A stretch of 64,000 bases of DNA, from positions 4,996 to 68,995 of the forward strand of contig JAPLVK010000015.1 of assembly GCA_026397175.1 (NCBI GenBank), in the 5' to 3' direction. This stretch comes from Candidatus Berkelbacteria bacterium. GTDB lineage: Bacteria; Patescibacteriota; UBA1384; DTJR01. The notes beneath the pieces were generated by a model. That model was not told the DNA's origin. It ran no database searches and was given only the letters and a program-made list of their open reading frames with translations. Position 1 is the stretch's first letter; the number at the start of each line of letters is the position of its first letter. Positions 49,420 to 57,948 of the stretch are shown here, piece by piece. The translations under genes were made by a program, and so were the position numbers.

Positions 49420-49421
49420 AT

Positions 49422-49949
49422 TTAACAAAAAAAGTTATTTGATCTCAGTTGTTCTTTTATTCTTAAAAGTTCAGATTGCGATATGATTTTTTCATCCTTC
49501 AAATAATCTAAGATAAATATCGTGTCCCTAAATTCCGCTTTATCAAATATTTTGATACTTTGTCTCAAGGCCTCATTTTTTGCACGCTTTTCATCAGCTA
49601 CAAAAACCGCTTCTAGTTCCTTCGCTAAAACCATAGCCGAAATCTCGCCCCTACCCAAACATTTTAACTCTTCTAGCCGTGCAAATAATTTTAAACTTAT
49701 AATCTGTTCGGGCGATTTAATTGAGATTTTACCCATGTTAATAATTTCTGTCAGAACAGCTAGCTTTTCGGAAAGCTCTGGCTTAAGAATGAAATTCGAA
49801 CTTATTCCTTCTTGTAATTCTTCAAAAACCTCTCTTGTTGTGATCAGATTACAGGGCAACTTTAAAATTAAATTAGTTCTCTCAACCCGTGCAAAGTTGC
49901 TTAGGACGTTATTATCAAAAACAAGAGTTTCATTCTCGATATTTTTCAT
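49422..49949 (-). CDS. PIN-like nuclease-fold protein (DUF4411-like), putative toxin/effector
   Basis: N-terminal LVFDNNVLSNF and GEISAMVLAKELEAVFVADE acidic-residue pattern typical of PIN folds; a COG2856-DUF4411 adjacency is recalled from memory. Confidence 0.5.
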   Translation of the reverse strand: MKNIENETLVFDNNVLSNFARVERTNLILKLPCNLITTREVFEELQEGISSNFILKPELSEKLAVLTEIINMGKISIKSPEQIISLKLFARLEELKCLGRGEISAMVLAKELEAVFVADEKRAKNEALRQSIKIFDKAEFRDTIFILDYLKDEKIISQSELLRIKEQLRSNNFFC

Positions 49950-50706
49950 CTCCCGCCCTCCTAATCTCAGCAACCAAATCTTTCGTTTCTTCGTAGCTCT
50001 TACGCAATAACTCAGCGAGCTTATCTAAGGTTATCATTTCTGTGAAATAGGCGTTAAATGCGAGTTTCAAATATTCACTTGGTAATTTTAATTCGCCATG
50101 CTCGACCGTCTTTTGTGGTTCATATCCAAGTTTTAAAGACAGAAAATTTAACCTGCTAGTTTCTAACAATTTAATTTTATAATCTTTGTCGAAACCATAT
50201 TTTAAATTATTCAGTTGATAAATTGTAGCTTGCCAGCTAACATCAAATTCATTGCGTATTCTAACAAGCTCTTCGTCTGTTAACTTATTTGACTTATTGT
50301 CCAACACTTCTTTGATGTAGGTTTTTACCCCGTTCCCTGGCATTAAAAAGTTAGCGGCAAAACAATCCGCTAACTTTTCATAGGTTGGCTTGGAACCCCC
50401 ATTGAATTCGATCAGTAGCGGTTGGGTTTCTTTATCTCTTAAATGGTGGCAATACTCGTGAACTGCAGTGAAATTTTGGTGACCTATAGAGCGATTACTG
50501 TTTACTAAAATACTCGAAAGATTTTTTTCTCTGTCGTAAAAAAATACTCCCGAAAATTCTTCCGAATCAACTGGCATTTTAACAACAAATATTCCCTGTC
50601 CTTCAAGCAGGGCAAAAAGATTTTTGATTGGGGCGTCATCAAGCCCTAGCTCTTTCCTCTTTGATTCAGAGAGCTGCCTTGCTTCGTCCAAATAATTAAT
50701 TGCCAT
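49930..50706 (-). CDS. ImmA/IrrE-family (COG2856) zinc metallopeptidase
   Basis: HEYCHH (HExxH) motif in an ImmA/IrrE-like context, downstream of an XRE regulator. Confidence 0.75.
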   Translation of the reverse strand: MAINYLDEARQLSESKRKELGLDDAPIKNLFALLEGQGIFVVKMPVDSEEFSGVFFYDREKNLSSILVNSNRSIGHQNFTAVHEYCHHLRDKETQPLLIEFNGGSKPTYEKLADCFAANFLMPGNGVKTYIKEVLDNKSNKLTDEELVRIRNEFDVSWQATIYQLNNLKYGFDKDYKIKLLETSRLNFLSLKLGYEPQKTVEHGELKLPSEYLKLAFNAYFTEMITLDKLAELLRKSYEETKDLVAEIRRAGDEKYRE

Positions 50707-51051
50707 TTATAACCTCTTCAAGGAATCAAAATCTTCACAGATTTTTTTAAATTCCAGTAAACTCTTTTTGCTTTGTTCCGACAATTTTTCGGTATTCCTA
50801 AAATGCATTACGGCCATCTCGAATTGGGGTATTTCGGAAAGTTTGCCTGAAATTATTTCGTTAGCTTCAATGCCATAGAGGTCGGCGAGACTAAATAGTT
50901 CGAAACTGTCAATTTTTCTCTTTCCCGATTCAATACCAATAATCGCCTGGCGAGTAAGTCCAAGCTCTTTAGCAACAAATTCTTGGCTAAAACCAAGCTT
51001 TTCGCGCAGATACTTAAGATTGCTTCCTATCTTTTCCAACAAAAGCTCCAT
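50707..51051 (-). CDS. HTH XRE-family transcriptional regulator
   Basis: GFSQEFVAKELGLTRQAIIGIESGKR helix-turn-helix. Confidence 0.75.
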   Translation of the reverse strand: MELLLEKIGSNLKYLREKLGFSQEFVAKELGLTRQAIIGIESGKRKIDSFELFSLADLYGIEANEIISGKLSEIPQFEMAVMHFRNTEKLSEQSKKSLLEFKKICEDFDSLKRL

Positions 51052-51153
51052 ATCCCCTCCTTTTTAATAATCTCAGTGTAGTTTTATTATACACAAATGT
51101 CAATATTTATGTTAGATTATATTACAACCGAATAATTATTTTATTTTAAGAAG

Positions 51154-52908
51154 ATGAAATACTGGGCTAAAGATAGAGAAGGCAATATTTATGAAAAATG
51201 TATTAGATGTGATTCGAATTCCAAAAAACATTTTGCTCGAGGTAGGTGCCATAACTGCTATCATAAATGGTTGGCTGATAATAATCCAGAATATAAAGAA
51301 AAGCTTCGAATAAAAGATAGATTAAAAGATAAAAGAAGAAGGCAAACAGAAAAGTTTAAAATTAAAGAAAGAGAAAAGGATAGAGCTAAACGAGTTAAAA
51401 AGGCCTATGAAGGTGAGACTAGTCACAAAAAAGAGGTTGAGTTGCTGCAAACCAAATATCACGAAGCAAATCGAAAAATCGATGAAGAGTTAAAATATAT
51501 TGAGCAGCAATCAGTAGCAGAAAAAGAAGAGGTGCATGAGGCATATGAATACATTAAAAAACTTGAATCAAGGATAGGTTTTTATGACGCGCCAAAAATA
51601 AAGTGTCCTTTTTGCAATACTGATTTTTTGTTTGAGTGGCCAAGGAAGTCAAAACCCATGCGAAGTCATCTAACAAAAAGCAATTGCCCGAACTGTAATT
51701 TTAATCCTGTGAGAGATGGGCTATGCATGAGATGCAATCGGGTCATAATCAACATAAAAGACTTTACTACAACGAACAATTATCCAATTTGCAATGACTG
51801 TTTACATATTATAAATAATCCGAGTAGATTTTTAGGGTTTGCAATTAAGGATTTCCATAATTACTGTGTAAAATGTGGAGCTAGATTAAGTTATAGAGTA
51901 GAGGAGCCTTCTTTGTGTTGGAATTGTAATGATCTATACAACGAAAAAGGGAAGGACCCGTATGAGTGTGACAAAGAATGGGTAGAAATAGAAACCGATG
52001 ATTCGGGCGGTGAATATCGGTTTGAAAGGCTTCCAATGTTAGAAGCTCCTTATACAGCAATTAAATATTTTTCTCAGCCGGGTTCTCCCAAGGATCACGA
52101 ATTTATTTTGAATTTAAAACATGAATTATCTTTAAGTTTAAAAATAGAGGATTTAGGAAATCCTTTAGGTTATCTGATGTATAAATCAACTATGTTCACA
52201 AGCAAAAATAAAGAGAAGATTTTAAATCGCATGAATCAGAAAATTGTAAAATGGGAGATAGAGAATGGTAGAAAAACTCTAGATTATTTTGGTAATGATT
52301 TGCAAACAACTCAAATATTTTCAGGAAATATCTCAAGACAAGAATACAGAGAATATAAATCGTCGATTATCGCAAGGTATAATCCCCGCAACTTGGGTTC
52401 AGACGATTCTCTGTCGAAAAAATTGACTGACGATGAAGTTGTCTCGATCAATATTGAAGGATTATCATTTTATAATTTACAACCTACGTTTCGGAAATTC
52501 CTAAATAGTTTAATTAGAGAAAGTGAAAATGAGATTAGGTTTGAAGTGGGCGTGCCTGCTATCGGCGAAGGTTGGGTTTCTGAAACAGAATTATTTCATA
52601 AAATTAAAGAAATTTGCGAGCAAGGTGGGTTAGATGCGATACACCACGCAAGACCAGAATGGCTTGGAATACAGCATCTGGATATATTTATTCCCAAGTT
52701 AAATATTGCAATCGAATATCAAGGAAAGCAACATAGTGAGCCAGTTGATTTCTTTGGTGGTGAAGAAGCTCACCTAAAAACTCTTGAAAGAGATAAAAAG
52801 AAAAAAGAACTTTGTGACCAGAATAACATTGAACTTAATTATGTTAATGAGGGTGATGATATAGAACTGTTGATTAAGGATTTACACGATCGTATTGTCC
52901 TTAAGTAG
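51154..52908 (+). CDS. multi-zinc-ribbon protein with C-terminal DUF559/Vsr-like PD-(D/E)xK endonuclease domain
   Basis: At least 6 CxxC pairs in the N-terminal 300 aa; C-terminal ...LDIFIPKLNIAIEYQGKQH... matches the D...(I/V)E(x)xG.QH pattern of DUF559 nucleases. Confidence 0.5.
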   Translation: MKYWAKDREGNIYEKCIRCDSNSKKHFARGRCHNCYHKWLADNNPEYKEKLRIKDRLKDKRRRQTEKFKIKEREKDRAKRVKKAYEGETSHKKEVELLQTKYHEANRKIDEELKYIEQQSVAEKEEVHEAYEYIKKLESRIGFYDAPKIKCPFCNTDFLFEWPRKSKPMRSHLTKSNCPNCNFNPVRDGLCMRCNRVIINIKDFTTTNNYPICNDCLHIINNPSRFLGFAIKDFHNYCVKCGARLSYRVEEPSLCWNCNDLYNEKGKDPYECDKEWVEIETDDSGGEYRFERLPMLEAPYTAIKYFSQPGSPKDHEFILNLKHELSLSLKIEDLGNPLGYLMYKSTMFTSKNKEKILNRMNQKIVKWEIENGRKTLDYFGNDLQTTQIFSGNISRQEYREYKSSIIARYNPRNLGSDDSLSKKLTDDEVVSINIEGLSFYNLQPTFRKFLNSLIRESENEIRFEVGVPAIGEGWVSETELFHKIKEICEQGGLDAIHHARPEWLGIQHLDIFIPKLNIAIEYQGKQHSEPVDFFGGEEAHLKTLERDKKKKELCDQNNIELNYVNEGDDIELLIKDLHDRIVLK

Positions 52909-52995
52909 TCCATCTACCCCTTATCCGTCTTGACAGTCAGGGATGTATCTATCAACATTGAATCTGATCTATTTAATAATGTGATAGGAGAAAAA

Positions 52996-53160
52996 ATGTA
53001 TCAGAAGGAATGTAAGTATTTTTACGAAAAAGAAGTTCGGACGCGCGAGATAGGGATGGTCAGGGGTTTCGCACTCGAACTCGTTCCAGTGTGTGAAAAA
53101 GTCGATGCATTCGAAAAACAACTACTTGAATGCGAAGATTGCGAGTTATATGAAGAATAA
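52996..53160 (+). CDS. small Cys-rich (zinc-ribbon-like) protein
   Basis: RBS TAGGAGAA before ATG 52996; CKYF...CEKVD...CEDCE. Confidence 0.3.
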   Translation: MYQKECKYFYEKEVRTREIGMVRGFALELVPVCEKVDAFEKQLLECEDCELYEE

Positions 53161-53464
53161 CGAACCAAATAAAAGACATGAAAAAATGAAAAGATGTTTA
53201 AATGTTATTTCGGTAATACTCTTGGGCTTACTGTATTTATTTTGTGGATATATAATATTGTCTCTCATTGGCGACAAAAAACCGATTCTGAATTACTACG
53301 AATTGATTTTTGTCATTCTTGCTCTTGGCATTATGTTTGTCGTAAGTATGGTTTTAAATTTCATGAGTGACAACCCATCGTCCGTGAATATCAATTTTTT
53401 TAAATTGTTTGGAGTAAAGTTTGACTACAAAGACAGGGGTCAAAATATCGAAAATAGCAAATGA
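53093..53464 (+). CDS. small 2-TM membrane protein
   Basis: ORF with two hydrophobic helices. Confidence 0.3.
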   Translation: MKKSMHSKNNYLNAKIASYMKNNEPNKRHEKMKRCLNVISVILLGLLYLFCGYIILSLIGDKKPILNYYELIFVILALGIMFVVSMVLNFMSDNPSSVNINFFKLFGVKFDYKDRGQNIENSK

Positions 53465-53531
53465 GCTTTTGGGCCTGAAGAGGCCATTCCCCAAATTATT
53501 TCAAAAAAATTCCGCCCAAAAAGCGGGTCGG

Positions 53532-53658
53532 GAATTCCTCCCCCCAACCCCCTCCTTCCCGACCCAAAGGAAATTTGAAAAACAGAGAGCGAGTGTCGCG
53601 CAAAGCGCGACACGAGCATTACTAAAAATTCTTTTCAAAATAAATTCGAGCTTCATTC
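53532..53658. repeat. cargo-module IR-R (inverted copy of 49287-49419)
   Basis: See cargo-module IR-L. Confidence 0.9.
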
Positions 53659-53765
53659 GGAGCTTCGGGTGGCCTTCGGCCACCAAAATAATCAACGAAG
53701 GGTGCGACCCGAAGTTTTCCGAAGGTAACCCAAAGCTTTAGCGGAGGGTTTAACGAAGGGTTGCG

Positions 53766-54008
53766 ATGTATTATGTTTATTTGCTCGAGCTTAAAGACCA
53801 GACTATTTATACCGGATCAACACCCGATATTAAGAACAGAATAAAAGAACATAATGACGGCAAATGCATATTTACAAGAGACCATAGACCGTTAAAATTG
53901 ATCTGGTACTGTGCTTTTCCTAACCGGCTAGCGGCAAGAAAATTTGAAAATTACTTAAAGAAAGGTTCGGGGCAGGCATTCAGAAATAAGCATTTAATTG
54001 ACGCGTGA
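53766..54008 (+). CDS. GIY-YIG-domain small nuclease
   Basis: YVYLLEL...YTGSTPDIKNRIKEHN GIY-YIG motif. Confidence 0.65.
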   Translation: MYYVYLLELKDQTIYTGSTPDIKNRIKEHNDGKCIFTRDHRPLKLIWYCAFPNRLAARKFENYLKKGSGQAFRNKHLIDA

Positions 54009-54015
54009 CCAAATC

Positions 54016-54035
54016 CCTGCCTGCCGGCAGGCAGG
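54016..54035. repeat. 20-bp GC palindrome CCTGCCTGCCGGCAGGCAGG (copy 3; others at 5921-5940 and 26876-26898)
   Basis: Exact copies at 26879-26898 and 54016-54035; variant with TA centre at 5921-5940. Confidence 0.8.
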
Positions 54036-54067
54036 CTCCCGCTTCCTTATCACTCAAGATCGGGCTT

Positions 54068-54130
54068 GTCCTGTTACAGACCAAAAGCATAGTGTCTTTT
54101 AACGGGGGTAAAAGTGTAGCGTCCCCTATG
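54068..54130 (-). repeat. REP-like repeat, inverted orientation (about 90% match to reverse complement of 57781-57848)
   Basis: Shares GGGTAAAAGTGTAGCGTCCCC core and the 38-bp CCATTAGAAGACACTATGCTTTCGGTCTCTAACAGG block. Confidence 0.75.
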
Positions 54131-54221
54131 GTTTAACTAACCGCCCCGCCTCTTCCATACCTGTTATTGTGGTGCTATAATTAAATTAATAACCAGCTGA
54201 TATAAACTTATTTATAATTAA

Positions 54222-54842
54222 ATGAAAGAAGAGCTAAAAGATATAAAGAACAATATTGAGATTATGAATCTCATTAAGTATTGCCAAGGTTATATAAAGC
54301 TCGTCAATCCCTCATTCAACAGATTCAGAATAAATACTGACCCTATTGAAGAAAAGTATCTAAGTACCGATATTTTATATCAAGACAGCGACGAGGAAGA
54401 TGAATTTGAAATAAATCTGAAAGAGTTTTATGAGAATGACCCTAAAAACGTTCCAGAAGAAGCCAAAGAAGAATACGGAAAGCAGAAAGAACTCGCACAA
54501 CAGCTCGAGCAGATAAAGAATCGTTTTAATATAAGTGAGTATACAAAGCAGGTCAACCTTAATTTCGGATATTTTAAGGTAGAGGTGCCCGAGCCGGAAA
54601 TCGATGAATTCTCTGAGGATGATACCGAAGAAGATAAGCCCAAAAAGAAAAAATCTGACATCTATCCATTGTTCTCTTTACCAATTAAAGTTATAGCCGA
54701 CAGGCAATTTTCAATAAAGTTGAAGGATGTGAACATTATTCCAAACATCGGTTTCTTATTCGATGTTCTTGGTGAAGAAAAATTTTATGAATTTGCCGAC
54801 TTCATAAACAAACAAGAGATTGAAGGAGCTCTGAGGTTTTAG
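54222..54842 (+). CDS. hypothetical acidic protein flanked by REP-like repeats
   Basis: ORF only. Confidence 0.4.
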   Translation: MKEELKDIKNNIEIMNLIKYCQGYIKLVNPSFNRFRINTDPIEEKYLSTDILYQDSDEEDEFEINLKEFYENDPKNVPEEAKEEYGKQKELAQQLEQIKNRFNISEYTKQVNLNFGYFKVEVPEPEIDEFSEDDTEEDKPKKKKSDIYPLFSLPIKVIADRQFSIKLKDVNIIPNIGFLFDVLGEEKFYEFADFINKQEIEGALRF

Positions 54843-54914
54843 GGGGTTTTAGGGGACGCTACACTTTTACCCTGATGATTGGAGATAACAGCATTTTTGT
54901 GTTACTATTAGCAC
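54841..54914 (+). repeat. REP-like repeat (GGGGACGCTACACTTTTACCC core plus GATTGGAGATAACAGCAT block) immediately upstream of the Y1 transposase
   Basis: Core shared with 57791-57811; reverse complement at 54100-54120 and 55583-55603. Confidence 0.8.
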
Positions 54915-55574
54915 ATGTCTCGTCAACCAAGATTTTTACCACCGGATAATTATTATCACATTATGAATCGCGGTAATAATGGACAGCTAATCTTTACTTG
55001 CGATGACGATTATCAGTATTATTTGGAAAAACTTTCCGATCTAAAGGTCGAGCATCTCTTCGACTTAATCCACTATTGCTTGATGGGTACACACACGCAC
55101 ATGCTGGTTAAAATATCCAAGCAAACCGACTTCTCAATATTTTCCAAACGATTAAACTTGAGTTATGCCAACTACTACAAAAAAGAATATGGCTTGATTG
55201 GTCATCTTTGGCAAGGTAGGTACAAAAGCCAGCTAATCAGTAGTGATGCGTATTTTATGCAATGCGGCAAATATATTGAGCTGAATCCTTTGAGGGCCGG
55301 AATTGTTCAGAAACCAGGGGACTACAAATTTTCCAGCTACAATCACTATGCTTTTTCAAAAAATAATTCACTGATTACTGATGACATATTTTACAAAGAG
55401 CTTGGCCCCAATGAAGAAGAAAGGGGAAGGATGTATAGAGACCTAACCATTTCTGAAATAATTGCCGATACTATGAATGGGAGGAAAATAGCGATAGGTA
55501 CAAGCAAATTCGTGTATAATACAAACAAGAAGAATAAATATCATATTAAGAACAAGAACTCTGCTTATCGCTAA
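54915..55574 (+). CDS. IS200/IS605-like Y1 (HuH) transposase of the REP-associated tyrosine transposase (RAYT) type
   Basis: HTHMLV (HuH) and GHLWQGRYKS...YIELNPLRAG motifs closely resemble RAYT/IS200-like proteins. Confidence 0.75.
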   Translation: MSRQPRFLPPDNYYHIMNRGNNGQLIFTCDDDYQYYLEKLSDLKVEHLFDLIHYCLMGTHTHMLVKISKQTDFSIFSKRLNLSYANYYKKEYGLIGHLWQGRYKSQLISSDAYFMQCGKYIELNPLRAGIVQKPGDYKFSSYNHYAFSKNNSLITDDIFYKELGPNEEERGRMYRDLTISEIIADTMNGRKIAIGTSKFVYNTNKKNKYHIKNKNSAYR

Positions 55575-55576
55575 AG

Positions 55577-55628
55577 ATCAGGGTAAAAGTGTAGCGTCCC
55601 CGATTCTCATAGCGTCCCCGATTCTCAA
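55577..55628 (-). repeat. REP-like repeat (inverted core) with internal tandem duplication of GTAGCGTCCCCGATTCTCA
   Basis: Sequence comparison with the other copies. Confidence 0.75.
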
Positions 55629-55687
55629 CAAACAAACACTAATTTTGATAAAATAAAAAAGTAATTATAAATTATAAAGGAGGATCG

Positions 55688-55822
55688 ATGGCTCTAAAAA
55701 AGATTGCGAAAAAAACTGCGTCTTCTATCGGCAATACCACGAAAAAGGGTGTCAAAGACATTGGCAAAGCCGTCCGCAAAGGCATCAAAGACACGAAGAA
55801 AACCATCAAAAAAACTCTTTAA
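55688..55822 (+). CDS. small lysine-rich protein (44 aa)
   Basis: RBS AAGGAGG 8 nt upstream of ATG; below the ORF-track size cutoff. Confidence 0.3.
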   Translation: MALKKIAKKTASSIGNTTKKGVKDIGKAVRKGIKDTKKTIKKTL

Positions 55823-56026
55823 CAAATAGCACTAACAACGAATTCTTTAAATAGGTTTTAGCTGTGGTATTTTGTTTCATTTTTACCCTCATAAGGAGTG
55901 GGAGGATCTACGGGGTAGGGGACGCTTTAAACTCCACCTGCCGGGTGGAGTTTTGGTGAATACGGGGATGGGATCATTGAATTTTGCTTCAGTTAAGAGT
56001 AGTTTATTATAGAGGTAAAAATTAAT

Positions 56027-56659
56027 ATGCAAAATTTATTTTTAACATCATCTATCCAAACAGTTGCTAAGGATGTCGCAAAGCGTCTTGACAAATCGGT
56101 CAAGAAATTTTTGTTTATTATTACTGCGTCCGAAGTTGAAACGGGCGACAAGGAGTGGCTCCGTCTTGATAGACAGGGTGTAGTTGATGCCGGATATAAT
56201 GTGGAAGATTATTCTATTTCCGGTAAAACCCTCGCGCAGATTGTCGGTAAATTAGCCGAAGTCGATGGTGTTGTAATGGCAGGTGGGAATACATTTTATC
56301 TTTTGCAGGAACTTCAGCAAACCAAGAGTATGAATTTATTTAGAAAATTTGTTTCTGATGGCAAGGTTTATATCGGATCATCTGCCGGCTCCATTGTTGC
56401 CGGGCCGGATATCTATCCGGTTAGACGGCTCGACAAAATAAGCCGAGCCCCAAAGTTAAAAGGATACAAAGGATTAACGCTCACGGATGTCGTCATATTT
56501 CCACACTGGGGATCGGATCATTTTCAGGATGCCTATCTGAGACAGCGAATGCATGACAACTATAATCTCGATCACAAATTAGTTTTGCTTACCGACAATC
56601 AATATCTCATCGTCGACGGCAAGAATCTGCAGTTTGTGGACGTGGAGAAGGACGAATAG
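56027..56659 (+). CDS. peptidase E-like (S51 family) dipeptidase
   Basis: IGSSAGS catalytic-Ser context and overall S51 pattern. Confidence 0.65.
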   Translation: MQNLFLTSSIQTVAKDVAKRLDKSVKKFLFIITASEVETGDKEWLRLDRQGVVDAGYNVEDYSISGKTLAQIVGKLAEVDGVVMAGGNTFYLLQELQQTKSMNLFRKFVSDGKVYIGSSAGSIVAGPDIYPVRRLDKISRAPKLKGYKGLTLTDVVIFPHWGSDHFQDAYLRQRMHDNYNLDHKLVLLTDNQYLIVDGKNLQFVDVEKDE

Positions 56660-57208
56660 ATGGCAATAAAAATCATATATTTTGTACATGGCACCACAAC
56701 GGATAATGAGCAGGAGATATCTTCAGGCTGGAAAGATGTTGAACTCTCCGACCTTGGAGTCAAGCAATCCATAGAATTAAAAGACAAGGTTGATATAAGC
56801 AGGTTCGATGTGGTTTTTTGCTCGGATCTAAAGCGCGCTATGCATTCGGCAGAATTAACTTTTGACGGAACCGTGCCGATAAAACCGGATGCGCGACTTC
56901 GTGAATGTAGCTACGGCGATTACAACGGTAAATCATCTGAAATTGTTGAGCCAATTCAGGAAGAACATATTGACAAACCGTTTTCAAATGGCGAAAGTTA
57001 CGAGGATGTAAAGAAAAGAATTTCGGATTTTTTGGATGATTTAAAGAAAAACTATGATGGAAAGCATATTGCCATCGTTGCTCACAAAGCTCCGCAGTTA
57101 GCACTCAATGTTCTGTTAAAAAATATGACTTGGAATGAGGCTTTTGCCAACGACTGGCGAAAAACTAAATCCTGGCAGCCGGGGTGGAAATATGAAATAC
57201 CTAGTTAA
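56660..57208 (+). CDS. histidine phosphatase superfamily (phosphoglycerate mutase-like) protein
   Basis: N-terminal IYFVHGTT (RHG-like) and downstream His. Confidence 0.6.
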   Translation: MAIKIIYFVHGTTTDNEQEISSGWKDVELSDLGVKQSIELKDKVDISRFDVVFCSDLKRAMHSAELTFDGTVPIKPDARLRECSYGDYNGKSSEIVEPIQEEHIDKPFSNGESYEDVKKRISDFLDDLKKNYDGKHIAIVAHKAPQLALNVLLKNMTWNEAFANDWRKTKSWQPGWKYEIPS

Positions 57209-57776
57209 GATTGATCGAATAATGGCATGGGTGCTTTTCGCATCGATGCTTCTTTATTTTATTTCCGGCTATGGAATGACCAAGGGGATCATCGATCAGA
57301 ACTTTGCAGCCAAGCTTCATCTTTCATATTTGACCTATATTATTTTAGTTGCATTTGTTTTTCACAGCGCTTACGCGATTCGCCTGGCACTGATTCGCTG
57401 GAAGATGTGGAATGGGATAGGAAAACTTTTGTGGGCGATGTTTTATATTTTCTTCGTTGTCGGATTTGTATATGTAGATAAGGTTTTTGAGAAATCTTCT
57501 CCGGTTCAAAGTCCAACATCTATTGGCAACAATTCAGCGGCGACTACTAGCTTGGTTAAAACTTTTACGATTGTCGAGCTTAGCAAGTATAATGGCCAAA
57601 ACGGTAACCCTGCTTATGTCGCTGTCGACGGAGGTGTTTACGATCTTACGGGAGTATTTCGAAACGGATCGCATTTCTCGCATTTTGCCGGAACCGAACT
57701 CACAAATGCTTTTTATTCTCAACATGCCAAAAGTTATCTCTCGAAATATCCGGTCGTAGGAATGCTAACGCGCTGA
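57192..57776 (+). CDS. membrane protein with C-terminal cytochrome b5-like heme/steroid-binding domain
   Basis: Start chosen at the Met with a GGTGGA RBS; C-terminal FTIVELSKYNG...YVAVDGGVYDLT pattern. Confidence 0.5.
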   Translation: MKYLVKIDRIMAWVLFASMLLYFISGYGMTKGIIDQNFAAKLHLSYLTYIILVAFVFHSAYAIRLALIRWKMWNGIGKLLWAMFYIFFVVGFVYVDKVFEKSSPVQSPTSIGNNSAATTSLVKTFTIVELSKYNGQNGNPAYVAVDGGVYDLTGVFRNGSHFSHFAGTELTNAFYSQHAKSYLSKYPVVGMLTR

Positions 57777-57780
57777 TTTA

Positions 57781-57888
57781 AGGGGTATAGGGGACGCTAC
57801 ACTTTTACCCCCATTAGAAGACACTATGCTTTCGGTCTCTAACAGGGATTGGAGATAACAGCATCTTTTTGTTATTATTGCTATACGC
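57781..57888 (+). repeat. REP-like repeat (longest copy: core plus 38-bp block plus GATTGGAGATAACAGCAT block)
   Basis: See other copies. Confidence 0.8.
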
Positions 57889-57948
57889 CTCGCCAACCTA
57901 CGATTTAGCCCCAATAAGAAAGTACCCTTAAATCAATAAATATTTAAA

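Larger units (their letters stand above)
47620..53658. mobile_element. composite tRNA-Asp-associated element: serine-recombinase module (47620-49286) plus IR-bounded cargo module (49287-53658)
   Basis: Same architecture as 6599-12670; IR pairs 47620-47722/49157-49286 and 49287-49419/53532-53658. Confidence 0.6.

Noticed and set aside
49522-50010. 162-aa plus-strand ORF antisense to the PIN-like and ImmA genes
   Set aside because: Ser/Leu/Phe-rich low-complexity translation, no RBS, fully overlaps two better-supported genes.
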